A stretch of DNA of 64,000 nucleotides from Guillardia theta CCMP2712 (taxonomy: Eukaryota > Protista > Cryptophyta), in assembly GCF_000315625.1 (NCBI RefSeq), contig NW_005434491.1, positions 9,786-73,785 on the forward strand. The letters run 5' to 3'. Positions within the stretch are counted from its first letter, which is position 1. Each line of letters starts with the position of its first letter. Below are positions 10,663-23,930 of this stretch, piece by piece. The position numbers were made by a program, and so were the translations under genes. The notes beneath the pieces are model-generated. The model had not been told where the DNA came from and did no database searches. It was given only the letters and a program-made list of their open reading frames with translations.

Positions 10663-12260
10663 GCGGCAGCGGACCCCACTGAAAGTTCCTCTTAGTAAAC
10701 TCACTGTCACTGTCCGACATTCGGCCTGGGAAATGTTCCCAAACACTTCCATCAAAGTCTCTTTGCTGTAAAGCACATACACTTCAAGCATTTCATCTGA
10801 AGTGCCAGGCGTCCTTGATCAATCCGCATCTTCATTGTTAATGCGCATCGTCAAAAAACTTAGACGCCAACAGAAGGAATCAAATCAAACTCCATGTCCC
10901 AGTGAGTCACCGCCGTTCAGTTTGCCAGCCGCTGAGTCACACACATCGCTGCCGCTGCAACTTGACACTGACTGAGGGCGGCAGGCTGGCTGAGTGTCTG
11001 ATTGCCTCGAGTCTCGGTGGACTCGGCCCGGGAGCCGCTGCCAGGGCCTGAGTACCGTACCGTCCGTCCGACGAGTTGACGGAGAGTCACGGTGCTCGGA
11101 GGGCCGGCCGCCGGGGTCGCCACCGGGTCACCGTCACGGCACGGTTGCCGGGTCAGTGCACTGGCCATGCCGGCGGCCGTCCGCCGGCCCGGGCCCAGTC
11201 TGAAAACCAGGCCGCCTCCTCGGGCCCCGGCGGAGTATTCTATGATAGCTTCCCGCCGCGCACTCCGGGCCACTGTCGGAACAGGACTTGAAGCTGGACT
11301 TGAAGTGACTCCGGTGAGTGAGTGGGGATGAGGGGCCGTGCCGATAGGTCCCGGTGGGTATCGGGGCAGTACTGTTTCAGTCGTAGCGAAAAGCAGGGGT
11401 AGGGGTCTTGTGAATCGTACAAGAGTAGGTAGGGTGCCACAAGGAAAAGAATTGAGTGGGGTGATGGAACGTCTTATTTGACGGGGTACTTCGTGCTGTA
11501 GGGGTAGAAATGAGGGGGTGGGGTTTTCAAAAAATCTCCTGTGGTCTAGGGGTGGTCTTTCGGGATGTGGGGACGAGGGGTGTGCATCTGGAAACTCCGT
11601 ACGGTAGGGGTGCTCGTCGTGGTAGGTGCACCGGTACTTTTGATGAAAAACGATGGGGTGGTGGAGAGGTTGAGTGCTGAGGGAAGGGACATGGGGGTGG
11701 CATATGCGGAAGGCGAGATGGGCAGGAGAACACCTCGAAATGGGAGGGAGAGAGACTGAGATGGCAGAAGCATGGGGAGAGAGACAGGAGGGAGAGGGAG
11801 AAAGACAGGAGGGAGAGGGAGAGAGATGGGAGAAGTTGTCAGAGAGAAAGCACTATCTGTTCTCCTTGATCAGGTAGAAAACAATCTTAGTGATGAATCA
11901 TTGCTTGCTTACAAACTTTTGACGTGCTAGTTTTCTTGCTTAGGGTCCGTTTGCACAGATCCGAGCAACGTCCAGGTCAGCAGGATGGAATGGAATGGTG
12001 CTGGTAAGATTATTGGAATGCCACATGCGATGTTCCGGTGATGTAACATTAAGGAGGGCGAGACTTCGACAGCGTCGAGGAGATGGCGAGCAGGAACAGG
12101 ACGACCACTGTCAGCCATTCGACATTTCCTGCGCCAGCGGGTTCGAGACCTGAGACAAGAAACGATGCCTATCAAAACTTGAGCAGAGTGCGCTCAAAAT
12201 CTGCTGTCCCTGTGACAACCTGACTTGGTTCGTAAGATCTACGGGCAGCAGAATCAGAAC

Positions 12261-15200
12261 ATGATATTCAGTTTGTCACCCGAGAAGAATCATCGAGATG
12301 AAAGAAGAAACTGGTGTCTTGCTCGTCTCCTCTCATTTCTAGAGTTAACCTCCTCATCAGGGATGTTTCTACCAATCGAAATCTTGCTAGCGTTGTGACA
12401 GACTTTCACCCCAAGCTGACGGCGGAACCGTCTTCCATTGATTTCGCCTTGTTGGACATGAAACGAGAAAGAGAGCTACACCACGTCGCTTCTTCTCCTT
12501 CTCGCATCCCCTGGGTGACCTTCCCTCGCAGCTCGATGAAGGCGGCAGCCCCACCGGCAGCAGGACTGGTCTCCGATACAACAGCGCGTTTCCCTTTCAC
12601 GTGAAGCAGTGACAAGCTTCTGCCTGTGATCTCACGATTGTCCAGCAGCATGACTATGCGGCTCGCAGTGCCCTTGGCTCCCTCACTGCTTCCTCGGACC
12701 TGCCGGTGCTGTCGGTGATTCAAGTCTGATCAATCGGCTGATGAGCTTGCAGGAGCGGCAGAGGACAAGCCCGCGGGCTGAGGTGACGGAGTTGAAGAAG
12801 AAGTTCGAAGACGAGTCGCTGAGGAACCAAACCATCATCCTCGAGCTGAAGAGACGCATCGACGAGAACGACAAGGTAGATCGTGCTCGGAGTTGAAGGC
12901 AAGTCAGCTGACTGACCGCTCCTTCTGTAGGAGAAAGACGACTTGCACCAGAAGATCAAGCTTTATGCGAACTCTCTCGACGTGACATCAGGAAAGCTTC
13001 AGGCGTGTGAAGATCACTCATTCAGAATCTCAGCGAAATTGGAAAAGCAGTTCATCGAATTGAATGAGACCGAGGAATTGCTGGATACGTTCGGTGAATT
13101 CTTTCAAAGACATTCATTGCAAAGCGGCACATTCCATGCATGGGCATTCTTGGCAATGAATGGAAAGGAGGGATCAGACAGGAACGATCGCTTTCAAAAG
13201 GTCTTCGATAGAGCGGCACACGTCACTATGAAAACCCTCACCTTCTCCGCGCTTGACGAGATCCGCTCGCACAGGAAACACTTGTCTCTTGTTGCCAGGA
13301 GGAGATGCGAGAGGGTGCGGCAGCGACAAGTTTGGAAGGTCTTGAAGGGTAATTGGATCTCGAACAAACAATGCATGGAATGGAGGCAATGGAAAGAGAG
13401 CTCCCCAGCTGAGCTAGAAGAGCTCCGAGCGCAAACTGAAACGCAAATTGACAAGGTGAGTGAGCTGGACCCTCTCGCCTCGATCTGGCTGGACACGATC
13501 GTAGAGCTGAAAACTCTCGAGAAGCAGCACGAGAGGGTCAAGACAAAGATGAACATCGCAGAAGAATGCATCAAAAGCATGCGAGTCAGACGCGAGCATG
13601 ACATTGAATCTGCTTTCTCTAATTCGAAGATGACGTACGAAGCCAGAATAGAATATCTAAACCAAATAATCCTCCAGGCCGCTGACGAATTCGAACGAGG
13701 ACTGGATGGCTTTGCTTCCTCGCTCAGCTCATTGGAACGACAGATCGAGAGCAAGTCCGGAGCAACTCTATCGAATCACTTCTCGATGAAGCTGGAGCTG
13801 AGCCAACTGAAACTTGAGATGAAACATCTGAGCGAAGAGGCTGAAGCCCAGCGTCGGGCTCTCACGGCAGAGCTACAAGATAAAGACCTTCAGATTGAAC
13901 TTCTGCACTCCAAGCTGAGAGAACAGCAACTTCACCTCGAGGCAAAAATGGAAGATCACATCACGAGTCAGGCAAACCTCACTTCCCAAATCGAAATGTT
14001 ACAAGATGAACTTGAACAAAAAAATCTAGAAATTACACAATTGCAGCAGGCGATGGATGATGAAAAATCACATTCGCAAGCGCTGAACCTTCAGTTCAAT
14101 GCCAAAGAATCCAGTCTGCAAGGAGAAATGATAGGTGATAGAACAAAGATTACAGAACTAGAAGCTCTGATACAAACTAAAGAAGATGAGTTGTTGCAAA
14201 ACAACGAATTCTATCAGGAGTATACCCGCAAGTTACAAAGACAGCTCTGCTCCAACCAGGAGGAAAACAAAAGACAACAAGAAATCATAGCCGAGTTGCG
14301 AAGCAGTCAAGCAGCATCTCATTCCCATCGATCGTCACTGGAGCGTCTGGTTGCAGCTATCGATCAGATCCAGCAAGAAGTCAGCAGCATCCATCATGAC
14401 GAAGAGATGTTGTGTCATGCCTGTACACACCCGAGTTCTCCCAACGGCCTTCCCTCCCACAGCCATGCGGAGCTTGAGAGAGAAAACATCGGCCTCAAGA
14501 AGCAGAACGAGGTCTTGTCGCAGGAGCTCGACCGAGCTTCCGAGGTACTTGATGTTGTCATGACTGGCTCTCATCGCCTGCTGCAGGCGCTGCTCAAGCG
14601 AGGCGACAACTTCTCCGAGTCGGTCAAGTCGCTTCAGCTCCAGCTGGAGGCTTCAGGGAGAGATCTGGAGATGTGCCAGGAGAAGGCGCGAACACTAAGA
14701 GCCTCTCTGTATCGGTCGGGAAAGGAACCTCCTGCACCTCTCGCTTGACTCGCTTGACTGCAGGGTCAAGGAAATCATCGAAGATGCGATACCAGATTGC
14801 ATGAATGACACGGTGTTGGCGAAACTAATGGTGATGGAGCAAACGCAGCTGCCTAGTTCTCTGACGTGCTCATTCCAGCAAGGAAAAGATTTCCTCGAAG
14901 ACGAGCTGTCGTCGTCTCTATTGATTTCATCGCCTAAACGAGCAAATCGAACAGTAATGACAAGAAACTCTCAGAGAAGGATCAACGCCGCTGACGTAGG
15001 AATTCCTCAGGTCGAATCCTCCCACTTGGATGTTTCTGTGAAGCGTAGACTCGAGGAGATTTCTCTAGATGTCACAAGAGGTCGATGAACCACAACCTTA
15101 GCAACCTTCCTGACAAGTGACAAGCAGTGATGGAAGACTTGACTTCAGTGATCGTTGAGTCATCCAAGAGCGTGGATGCTTCTGCTTCCCATCGGGTACC

Positions 15201-16646
15201 TAGACGTATGCCCGCGTTCTCTTGTAACAGAACCTGCAGGATGTTGAAGGAGCGACCAGAACCAGCAAGTCGCGGGGCTTCTGCTTGAACGCGCACAGAT
15301 CTTACTCGGACGTGCTGTTGGCATGGCGCGAGGCGACAGTGAGGAGCAGGATGAGTGGACGAAGGAACATGTTCAGCACACTCGAGTATTTCACGAACGC
15401 GGACGGATCTTTCAACGACTGTCTTGTTGCTGGGAGGTTCAAGAAGTCTGAGCTGGAGGTCAAGGCCGAGAAGACTGGGAGCGGAACCTTTGCGGACGTG
15501 TACAGGTCGGAGATCAGGTTCCCTTGCGTGACCAAGAAGATGCGAGCGATCTCAGGGTCCGATGATCTCAATTCGTTTGTGAGGGAGGGGGAGATGATGC
15601 GAAATCTGCGGCATCCCAACATAGTGAAGATGCTGGGCATTCACATTCACAACAACACTTACTCCTACGTGCTGGAGTTCGCGCAGGGGGTCAACCTCTT
15701 CGATTACCTTCACAAGATGCAGAAGTCGATCGCGTTCACGAGTCAGATCAAGATCCACCAGCAGGTCCCGACGGCTCTCCCTCCCTCTCTCCTCCCTCAC
15801 CCCCCGCAGGTCTGCGATGCTGTCGCCTACATCCACTCAAACCGCGTGATGCACCGCGACCTCAAGCCGCAGGCACTTGGGCTTGTCGCTGTTTCTGCCG
15901 CTGCTCACTCGCTCTCAGAACATCATCTACCGCGACAGCTCCTCCTCCATCAAGATCTGCGACTTCGGCCTCGCCACTTTCATACCCGAAGGCCTGGACG
16001 AGGTTGACCCCATGCACGTCGGGACCGGAGGGACCCCCGCGTATCTTGCTCCTGAGGTAAGTAGCGACAAGACTCGAGCTCGAGGAGGCGAAGGCTGAGC
16101 AGAGGAGGGGAGGAGGAGCGAGATGACGTGCGAGCAGATTCTGAAGCGGAAGGCGGTTGGTTTCAAGGCCGACGCGTACAGCTATGCTGTCGTCATGTGG
16201 GAGACTTTCACAAGGAGGCTGCCCTGGGCAGACTGCAACCTAGAACAGGAATGTCTCCTCCTCCTTCTGATGCTTCTCTCCCTGCTCCCTCTGCTCCCTC
16301 TGCTCCCTCTGCTCCCTCTGCTCCCTCTGCTCCCTCCTCCTTCTTGTTTTCCTCCTACACCTGCCCTTGGCCTCATGCTTGCAATGTTCAGATGACCAAC
16401 CGGGTGGTGCAAGCCAAGGACAGGCCTCGATGCCCTGCGGTGAGAGGAGGCGAGGAGGAGAAGCGCGTCTGACGTGCTGCCCTCCCAGGAGATGCCGCAA
16501 GATCTTTCACGTCTCATCGCCGACTGCTGGCACGATGAACCAGCCCGCAGGAAGAGCTTCGAGGAGATTCTCGAGTGTCTGAGGTTGGAGGAGAGAGGCG
16601 AGGGCAGCACAAGGAGCTGACTTTGAGGAGCAGGCAGATGAATTGA
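12261..16646 (+). CDS. Long coiled-coil protein with C-terminal tyrosine-kinase-like (TKL) protein kinase; multi-exon, start uncertain
   Basis: 601-aa coiled-coil exon (12943-14748); GSGTFADVY, HPNIV, HRDLKPQN, DFG, GTPAYLAPE, DAYSYAVVMWE, CWHDEPARR. Confidence 0.8.
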
Positions 16647-16698
16647 GCTCGATGGATTCACTTTATTCTTTCTCTCTAACTTGACTAGATGCACTATC

Positions 16699-17232
16699 TT
16701 AAGCGGTCTTCTCCTTGACGAAGCTGATCAAGTCTTGCTCAGTCTGCATTTCACCAGTCACAACCTCCCACAGCATAACGTGCGCACGCTCACCCTTCCA
16801 CCCTGGTATGCGATCTGCTCGCCGGTCTTGAACAAGATGAGGGTGGGATAACCACGGATGTTGTTCTTGTTGCACAATCCGCTTTCGACCTGATCAAGGC
16901 CTCAGTCATTCTATTTCCTCCTCCCTTGCTCGCATCCGACTCACAGTGCAGTCGACGGTCGCGATCTTCACGTTGGGGATCTCAGCGTCAACCTTGTCCG
17001 CGAGTCTGCCGGTCACCATCACCAAACCCCCACCATGTCGCAATCAGTCGCCTCACGCGTGCCAGGTTGGCTCGAGGCGCTTGCAGTGGCCGCACCATGG
17101 GGCAAAGAACTTCACAAAGGTGGGCTGCTGCTCGACCTGAGCGTCGAAGGTGGCCTCAGTGAGCTGGACGGGAGCGGCGAGGACGCCAGCAAGCTGAAGG
17201 GCCACGAGAGCGAACAAGCAGTAACGGAGCAT
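16699..17232 (-). CDS. Secretory-pathway single-domain thioredoxin/PDI-like protein (spliced)
   Basis: Signal peptide [19 protein letters not shown]; [27 protein letters not shown]. Confidence 0.85.
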
Positions 17233-18903
17233 CTGCAGACATGTCATTTCTTGCAGGAAGGAATATCTGCTGTGGAGGTCTAGCAATGACCTCCACATAA
17301 AACTAGGGGATTTGCTTCTACTTGAACCATCCAGTAACAAGGATACAGACATGTTCAAAGAAACTCCATGGCATCGGCTGACGTGAACCATCTCTTCTCC
17401 TGCCCTACTCTGCCTTTGAATTGCTCGCGGTTGTCGATTCTTTCATTTATCGGAGCATTGTCCTGGGAGGGACCACTAGCGTCAAGAGACTATTCTGATA
17501 CAAAACCATTTCTCGTTCATGGCATTGAGGTAGAGACTATGAACTAACATACTCGCTGAGTGAAAACACTATTCTCGAGAAATCTTTTGTTGGAAACCAC
17601 TCTGGCCTTCAAGCTGCAAGATTGCATTCTTGCATGTCTTCCGACTATTTCGGCATGCACGTCTATCTTCTCCATGTTCTTCTCATTGTTCTTCCTGTTC
17701 ATATCCTTCTCATCGACATCATCGACTCTTTCTTCCACTTCCTCCTCTCCTCTTCCATCCATCAATGTCCACCACGTCGGCATCGCGCCTCGCGCCTACC
17801 CCCACCCTCCCGTCTCCACCTCCTCGTCCCCGGCACTTGTACTCCATCACTACCCCTTGTTTCCATGTACCCCCATTTTGCCCTACCATAACCCCCTATT
17901 TATACGGTTAGACACTGACCCCACCCCTATAGCAAACCAACGTTTTTAACTACCCCCCTCTCCCCCTGCAGATCTTGCTGCAGGGGGTATTAACTAAAGT
18001 CCCCTTCGACATAAAACTACCCCAAGTTTCCCATGAAAGACTTTGGGGGAAAGGGGGTGGGTACACTGATGGGGTTTATCGGGGTGGGGTTGTGTAAGCT
18101 CAGGAAAGGGGTAGGCAGCTACTTTTGACCGAGCGAAAGTTCATTTGTGAGGGTGGGGTCATGTACCCCACCGCTACTTTGAGTCGATTTAGAGGGTAAT
18201 TTCCAGGTGGTCTGACTTCAATAGACCACCCCACCCCTCTGAAGGAATGTAGTCTCTTGGCATATGAGCATAATTGCCAGTGCCCATCCCGAGTCCCGGG
18301 GGCCCGGCCCGCACTGAGGCCCCAGTGACGGTCATACCGCCGCGGCGGGCCCGGCAACTACAGACTCCGAGTGACTAGCCGTTGCGGACTCAGCCGGGGC
18401 CGGGACTAACTTGCCGTGACCGACTTGCCGTGACCGCACTGACTATTGTGACAGTGCCCGGCACGGTGACGCGGCGCGGCTACCGTTCAGCCGCGTTGAA
18501 GGATCATCATCCGGCGGAACTTCAGGGCGGCGCCGCCGAGTCCGACTGTGACTCAGCGGCGACATTTAGGGCCCTTGGCCCGTGGGGCCCCGGGGGCGAT
18601 CACTCCTGGTACGCCGGGTCGGACCTCAGGCTGGCCTTGTGACTGCCACTGAACTTCGGCCGGTAGCCCCCGCACCTAGTAGTCAGAGATTCACAGTAAC
18701 TTTTCAATCTTCAAAAGCCTTTTCAAAAGTTCAGCATTAGGCTTGTTGATCCGATCTTTACTCAACTTAGGTAGTCAGTGTCATTGAGTCATATGCCTGC
18801 TGGGCTAGTAGTGTGAGTATCATGCTCGGAGTCCTTCACGGAGTTAGCCGAGCCTGCCGCTTCCTCGCCTACAGTCACGCGGCGGCCGCGGGGGGGCCTC
18901 AGC

Positions 18904-21900
18904 TCATGCAAACCACTTGCTGGCCTGCCACGGTCGATCAAGAGAAGAAGAGAGAGCAAGGCCCGTCAGATTAGAAGAGGAGAGGAGGAAGAGGAGAGGA
19001 GAGGAGGGAGAAAGGAAGAGAGGGAGGGCTGTTAAGAACCGGTAGCTCGAAGGGGGGCGAGGCATCCTTGTTCTGTCAGCTGAAGTCAAGACTACAGTGG
19101 CGCAAGCGAGAGGAGGAGGAGGAGGACGAGGAGCAGAGGCCCGGAGGAGGAGAAGCAAGGAGGAGGAGGAGGGGGGTGAAACCTTCATCTTAGACTTGAG
19201 GATGTGCTGAGGTAGATGCTCAAGGACGGTCTCTGTGATGACAATGGACATGAGCGAGTGAGCCATCGTTGAGTTGCTCCTCCTCCTCCCTCTTTCCCCT
19301 CCTCCTCCCTCTTGCCCCTCCTCCGCCTCTTCCCCCTCCACTCCACTCCTCTCTCCTCTCCTCCCCTCTCTCTCCCCATCCGCTCCTCGCTTTTCCTCTC
19401 GCTTCTCCTTACCTGCAAGTTTGCTGCCCTTGGATGACCCGTCGCACTCTTCGTACGAGGCAAACTGAGAGGGGGAATTTGAGGACGCAGGAGGAGACGA
19501 GGAAGACGGAGGAGGAGCAGGAGGAGGGAGATGGGGAGGAGGGGGAGGGGGAGGTTGAGGAAATTCGGTGGAGGTGGAAGAGGCGCAGGAGGGGGCAGCA
19601 TATGCCCTTCTACATCCGCCATCCTCTAGTCTAGATGTAGGTGACTCCGAATGGATCCTATCTCTTGATCATGGTCACCTGAGCTTGCGTAACCCGTCGC
19701 CTATCTTCACTCGAAGGATTCCTATGGGGAGTTTTGATACTTCCTGTCACGGTGGATNNNNNNNNNNNNNNNNNNNNNNNNNNNNNNNNNNNNNNNNNNN
19801 NNNNNNNNNNNNNNNNNNNNNNNNNNNNNNNNNNNNNNNNNNNNNNNNNNNNNNNNNNNNNNNNNNNNNNNNNNNNNNNNNNNNNNNNNNNNNNNNNNNN
19901 NNNNNNNNNNNNNNNNNNNNNNNNNNNNNNNNNNNNNNNNNNNNNNNNNNNNNNNNNNNNNNNNNNNNNNNNNNNNNNNNNNNNNNNNNNNNNNNNNNNN
20001 NNNNNNNNNNNNNNNNNNNNNNNNNNNNNNNNNNNCTTCTTGAGACCTTCGAGTCCTTGAACAGCAAACTAATGGAGGTGTTAGGAAAGCTCCTCCTCCT
20101 CCTCCACCTCCTCCTCCCTTTCATGCTCCCTGCTCTTTTCGATCTAAATTTCCTCTTGACTACCCTCTTCTTCCCCTTTCCTTTCTCATCTCCTCCTTTC
20201 TGCTGTCCTCCGTCCTTGAGCCGTCCACCGCCCCCATCCCCCCAGAAGTTCTCCCCGCTCCCCCTCCATCGTTCTTGTCCTTCTCCTCCCGCTCTCTCTG
20301 TCTCCGTCCCCCATTGATTCTTCGCTTCTTCTCCCTCCACCTCTCTTCACCTCCTCCGTTCCGAGCATTGAGAAGCATTGAGAAACATCTGCAGGACCAG
20401 CATCTCAGCCGCCTGCAGCCTCCGCGTCATCCTTCACCTTTGCTGTCCTTTCTCTTCCCTCCGAACCCCATCGCCTCCACCTGCCGATACTTCAGGCACT
20501 TTCATGAGGAGGAGAAAGCCTCACCGTCTGTCCGCGCGAAAATGGCAGGAGGATGTTGAGCACTGCAGGAGGGCACAATTCAGCTGCTCTCCTCCTTCCC
20601 GCTTCTCCTTTTCCTCCCTTGTTATCCTTTCTCTCCCTCCTCCTACCTGAATTCAGAGTGCGCCAGTACGGATTATTGAGAGGCTGAGCAGAGTAATGAA
20701 GCGAACTCTCGTCTGCTCAAGGAGATCACCACCTTCGCTTCCTCCTTTATCCTAGCCGTTCGTTTCTCTTTCCTCTCTCCTTACCTTCATGCTTCTTGTT
20801 CGAAGACGTGAAGTCGACGGCGACCGCGAGCTTCGGGGCATCAGAGGAGAAGGCAAGAAGAGGCGAGAGTCACCCGGAGTTCGCAGTCCTTATGGAGGAA
20901 GGAGAGGAACGAAGCATTCTGAAAGAAGTGATGTGAGAGAAAGAGGAGCTGAGAAGGGGGGGGGGTGGAGCGGAAGGTGCGCTGGAGGTGGAGGGTTCAA
21001 GAGAGGGACCTTAGGGTTTGGTGCAGGAGCTTTCTGCAAGGGAGCAGCTTGAGGTTTCCTGTCTGGAAGGAAAAGTAAAACAAGAGGAGGAGAAGAAAAT
21101 CATCGACCCTCCGCATTCTCCTTCGTCTGCCAACTCCATTCAGCACCATCTCCTTCTCTTCTCCTCATCTACCTCCTTTGACGTTGAGAGCTTCACGGGC
21201 TCAGGCTTAGCGGGAGCAGCTTGCTTCACGGGCTCAGGTTTGGCTTGCATGGTAGTGACCTAGAGGTTTCGAAACATGTTCAGTTCTCGCCGATCAAGCA
21301 GAAGGAGCGACCGGCGGAGCAGCAGGCGCAGGCGCAGGCGCAGGCGCAGGCGCAGGCGCAGGCGCAGGCGCAGGAGCAGGAGCAGGCTTATGCTGCTGAG
21401 CTGCTTGTGCTGGCACTCTGATAGGTTGAATGACCGGTTGCTCCTCCTCGATCTGTACGGATGGTAAGCTTCTCATGGATTTCAAAGAGTTTGAACAACT
21501 GTAGCAGCAGGAACAGCCGGCTTGCTCACTCCTGCTCCAGAACATCATGACAGAAAACAAACCCTGGTCCCAACCTGTCTTGTTCACCGCTGAAGGAACA
21601 GCCGCAGCCTGCTGGGGAGCTGCTGGGGAGCCGCTGATCCCTTTTTCCAACAGGTCAAATGCAGTCGATGACCAAACCCTCTACGCATATCTTTCTGCAA
21701 CTAGCACCTGTAGACGAGGAGCTGCTGCTGCCGGTGGTTGTTGTTGTGCTTGTGCTTGTGGCAGCAGCGGAGGAGGAGGAGGAGGAGGAATCTCCCCAGA
21801 CAGTTCCCAAGGGAAGACCGAACGCCCTGCACATCTCTGCACTCAAGGGCTGTCCGGGAGCGCCAGGCTGAAGGCTCTGCTAGACGGTGGAGGTGTCAGA

Positions 21901-22354
21901 TGGTAACGACGCTTGCTCTCTTCACCATGGGATAGCTGGGAGCAGGCTGGGCTTGGGGAGGCGCCCGCAAGGTCTGCTGCTGATATCCAGCTGGATCCTG
22001 ACACGGTGTTAATCTCTTACTCTCCTCCCTCAGACGAGTCAAGACCATAGCGACTGCAGGTGCTGCCGCGTACTGCAGCGACGACGGGAACGCCATCGAC
22101 TGGAAACCGACCGCAGAGATCTGAGCTTGAGCTGGGGTAGTCTGGTAGATCTGAGTTGGGGTAGTCTGGTAGATCTGAGCTGGGGAGGGCTGGTAGATCT
22201 GAGCTGGGGAGGGCTGGTAGATCTGAGCTGGTGTAGTTTGGTAGATCTGAGCTGGGGTAGTTTGGTAGATCTGAGCTGGGAAGGGCTGGTAGTACTGGGG
22301 CAGATACTGGGGTTGACCGGCCCCCATCGGCTGCGAGTTGTAGGGGAAGGACAT
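18904..22354 (-). CDS. Copine-type vWA domain protein with Pro/Gln-rich N-terminus and no visible C2 domains (many micro-exons, spans a gap)
   Basis: Spliced minus-strand exons give DCELRLAVAVDFTSSN, SSLHY...NNPY, MGFGG, DVSQCFSML, VQGLEGL, SKLPIGILRVKIG, KLAETVLEHLPQH in copine A-domain order; N-terminal (PAQIYQTT)n and (PA)n repeats. Confidence 0.7.
19758..20035. other. Assembly gap
   Basis: Run of N. Confidence 1.
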
Positions 22355-22654
22355 CTGCCAATCGGATGCGATCAGAAACATCATTTTCATTGTATTCCTT
22401 GTCAAGTTCGTGACAACGGGATCTCGTGCTGATCAATTCAAAATAAACAAGGAGCAGTACTGATACTGTTTGACTGGCATCTTGTTTCATAATGTGCCCC
22501 TACACTTATCTTTGATACTTCTGATTTCTACCACTTCCTACCAATCCTCTACTCATTCAGCGAGACCCTCCATCGAATCAAGTTACTTCTCGTCTTCCGA
22601 CGCAACCTCCTCAGGCTTTATTCCAATTTCCCTATCGTGGCCCTCTCCTCTTTA

Positions 22655-22740
22655 TCTCTCCTGCTCTCTCCTGCTCTCTCCTGCTCTCTCCTGCTCTCTC
22701 CTGCTCTCTCCTGCTCTCTCCAGCCCTGCTCTCTCCTGCG
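22655..22740. repeat. (CTCTCTCCTG)n 10-bp tandem repeat
   Basis: Directly visible. Confidence 0.85.
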
Positions 22741-23930
22741 GCTCTCCTTCTCTTCATTGGCCATATCACGCTGCGGATCCGATCGCGTGAGTCATCTTTT
22801 TTCTGACCAGGACGGTAATAGAGGGTAGGGGTACTCATCTTTTCAAATGTTTGTAGGCTGACGGGGGTTGGTGACTTAACATGGGGTAGTCAGCGTTTCA
22901 AGCAGGGGTACATGTTGAACCCCACCATCCCCGGTGAAACGGTCAAGGCCAGGGTAGTAGGGGTAGGGTGGGTCTAAAAGGGGTGGAGGTAGGATTTGAA
23001 TCTTGTGAGGCTTGCCCGACTTCAGTTGCCGGAAGTTCCGGAGTCCGACAGCCTCGGACCGGCGGGCCCGACCGTCCGACGGTCGGACCGTCCGCCGAAA
23101 CTTGGTGACCGTTGTTAGTCCCGGGCCCCGCCGCCCCGGTCGCCGGCCGGGGCGGCCGGGGCGACCGTACGCCGCGGCGGCCCCCGGAGACGGTCACGGT
23201 GGCCCCTGCCGGGCGGCGGCATCGTCACTGCCCCGGCGGCGCGGCCGGGCTAGACTAACTAGTTGCGGTCGGATCGGATGATCATGGGGCCGCTGAGTCG
23301 TGACTCAGGCTGTCACTGGATGCGGCAGGTGCCACCCCAAGCCTCCTCGACTCTCCTGATTGTCCTCGAACTGATTTTTACCTTAACTTTGAGTAAAGAA
23401 AGGGCACCCCGGCACCCTGCCCGCCCGGCCGGTCACCCGGCGGCCCGTGACCGGGTCACTGAGAGTGTCCGGCGGCGATACGTCCTGTGTTGTGACTATT
23501 CGCGGTAGAGGTGTTTTATTTCCAATTAATTTTTGAATTTTCATAAAATTTGTATAATTGATACACTATATTATGAAGTCAAATCGAATTGTTTAAAATA
23601 ATAGTTCCATATTTGGAAATATTTTTGTTACAAATTCACCCTTATCGGCTTTTTGAGGCCGTACCGTCCCGTTCATGTTTCGAATGGATACCAGGGGAAC
23701 ACTTCAGGGCCAGGCAATCATGGTACAAGAGAAGGAGCAGGGGGGAGAGGGAGGCAGGAGCAGGAGGGAGGAGAGGGAGGGAGGAGAGGGAGGGAGGAGA
23801 GGGAGGGAGGAGCAGGAGCAATAGTAGGAGCAGGAGCAACAGGAAGAGCAGGAGGAGGATACTCCAACGTTAAGATTGTCATGTGCGAGGCATGTCTGTC
23901 TGTCACTTACTTAGTTGTTGCATCATCCAG

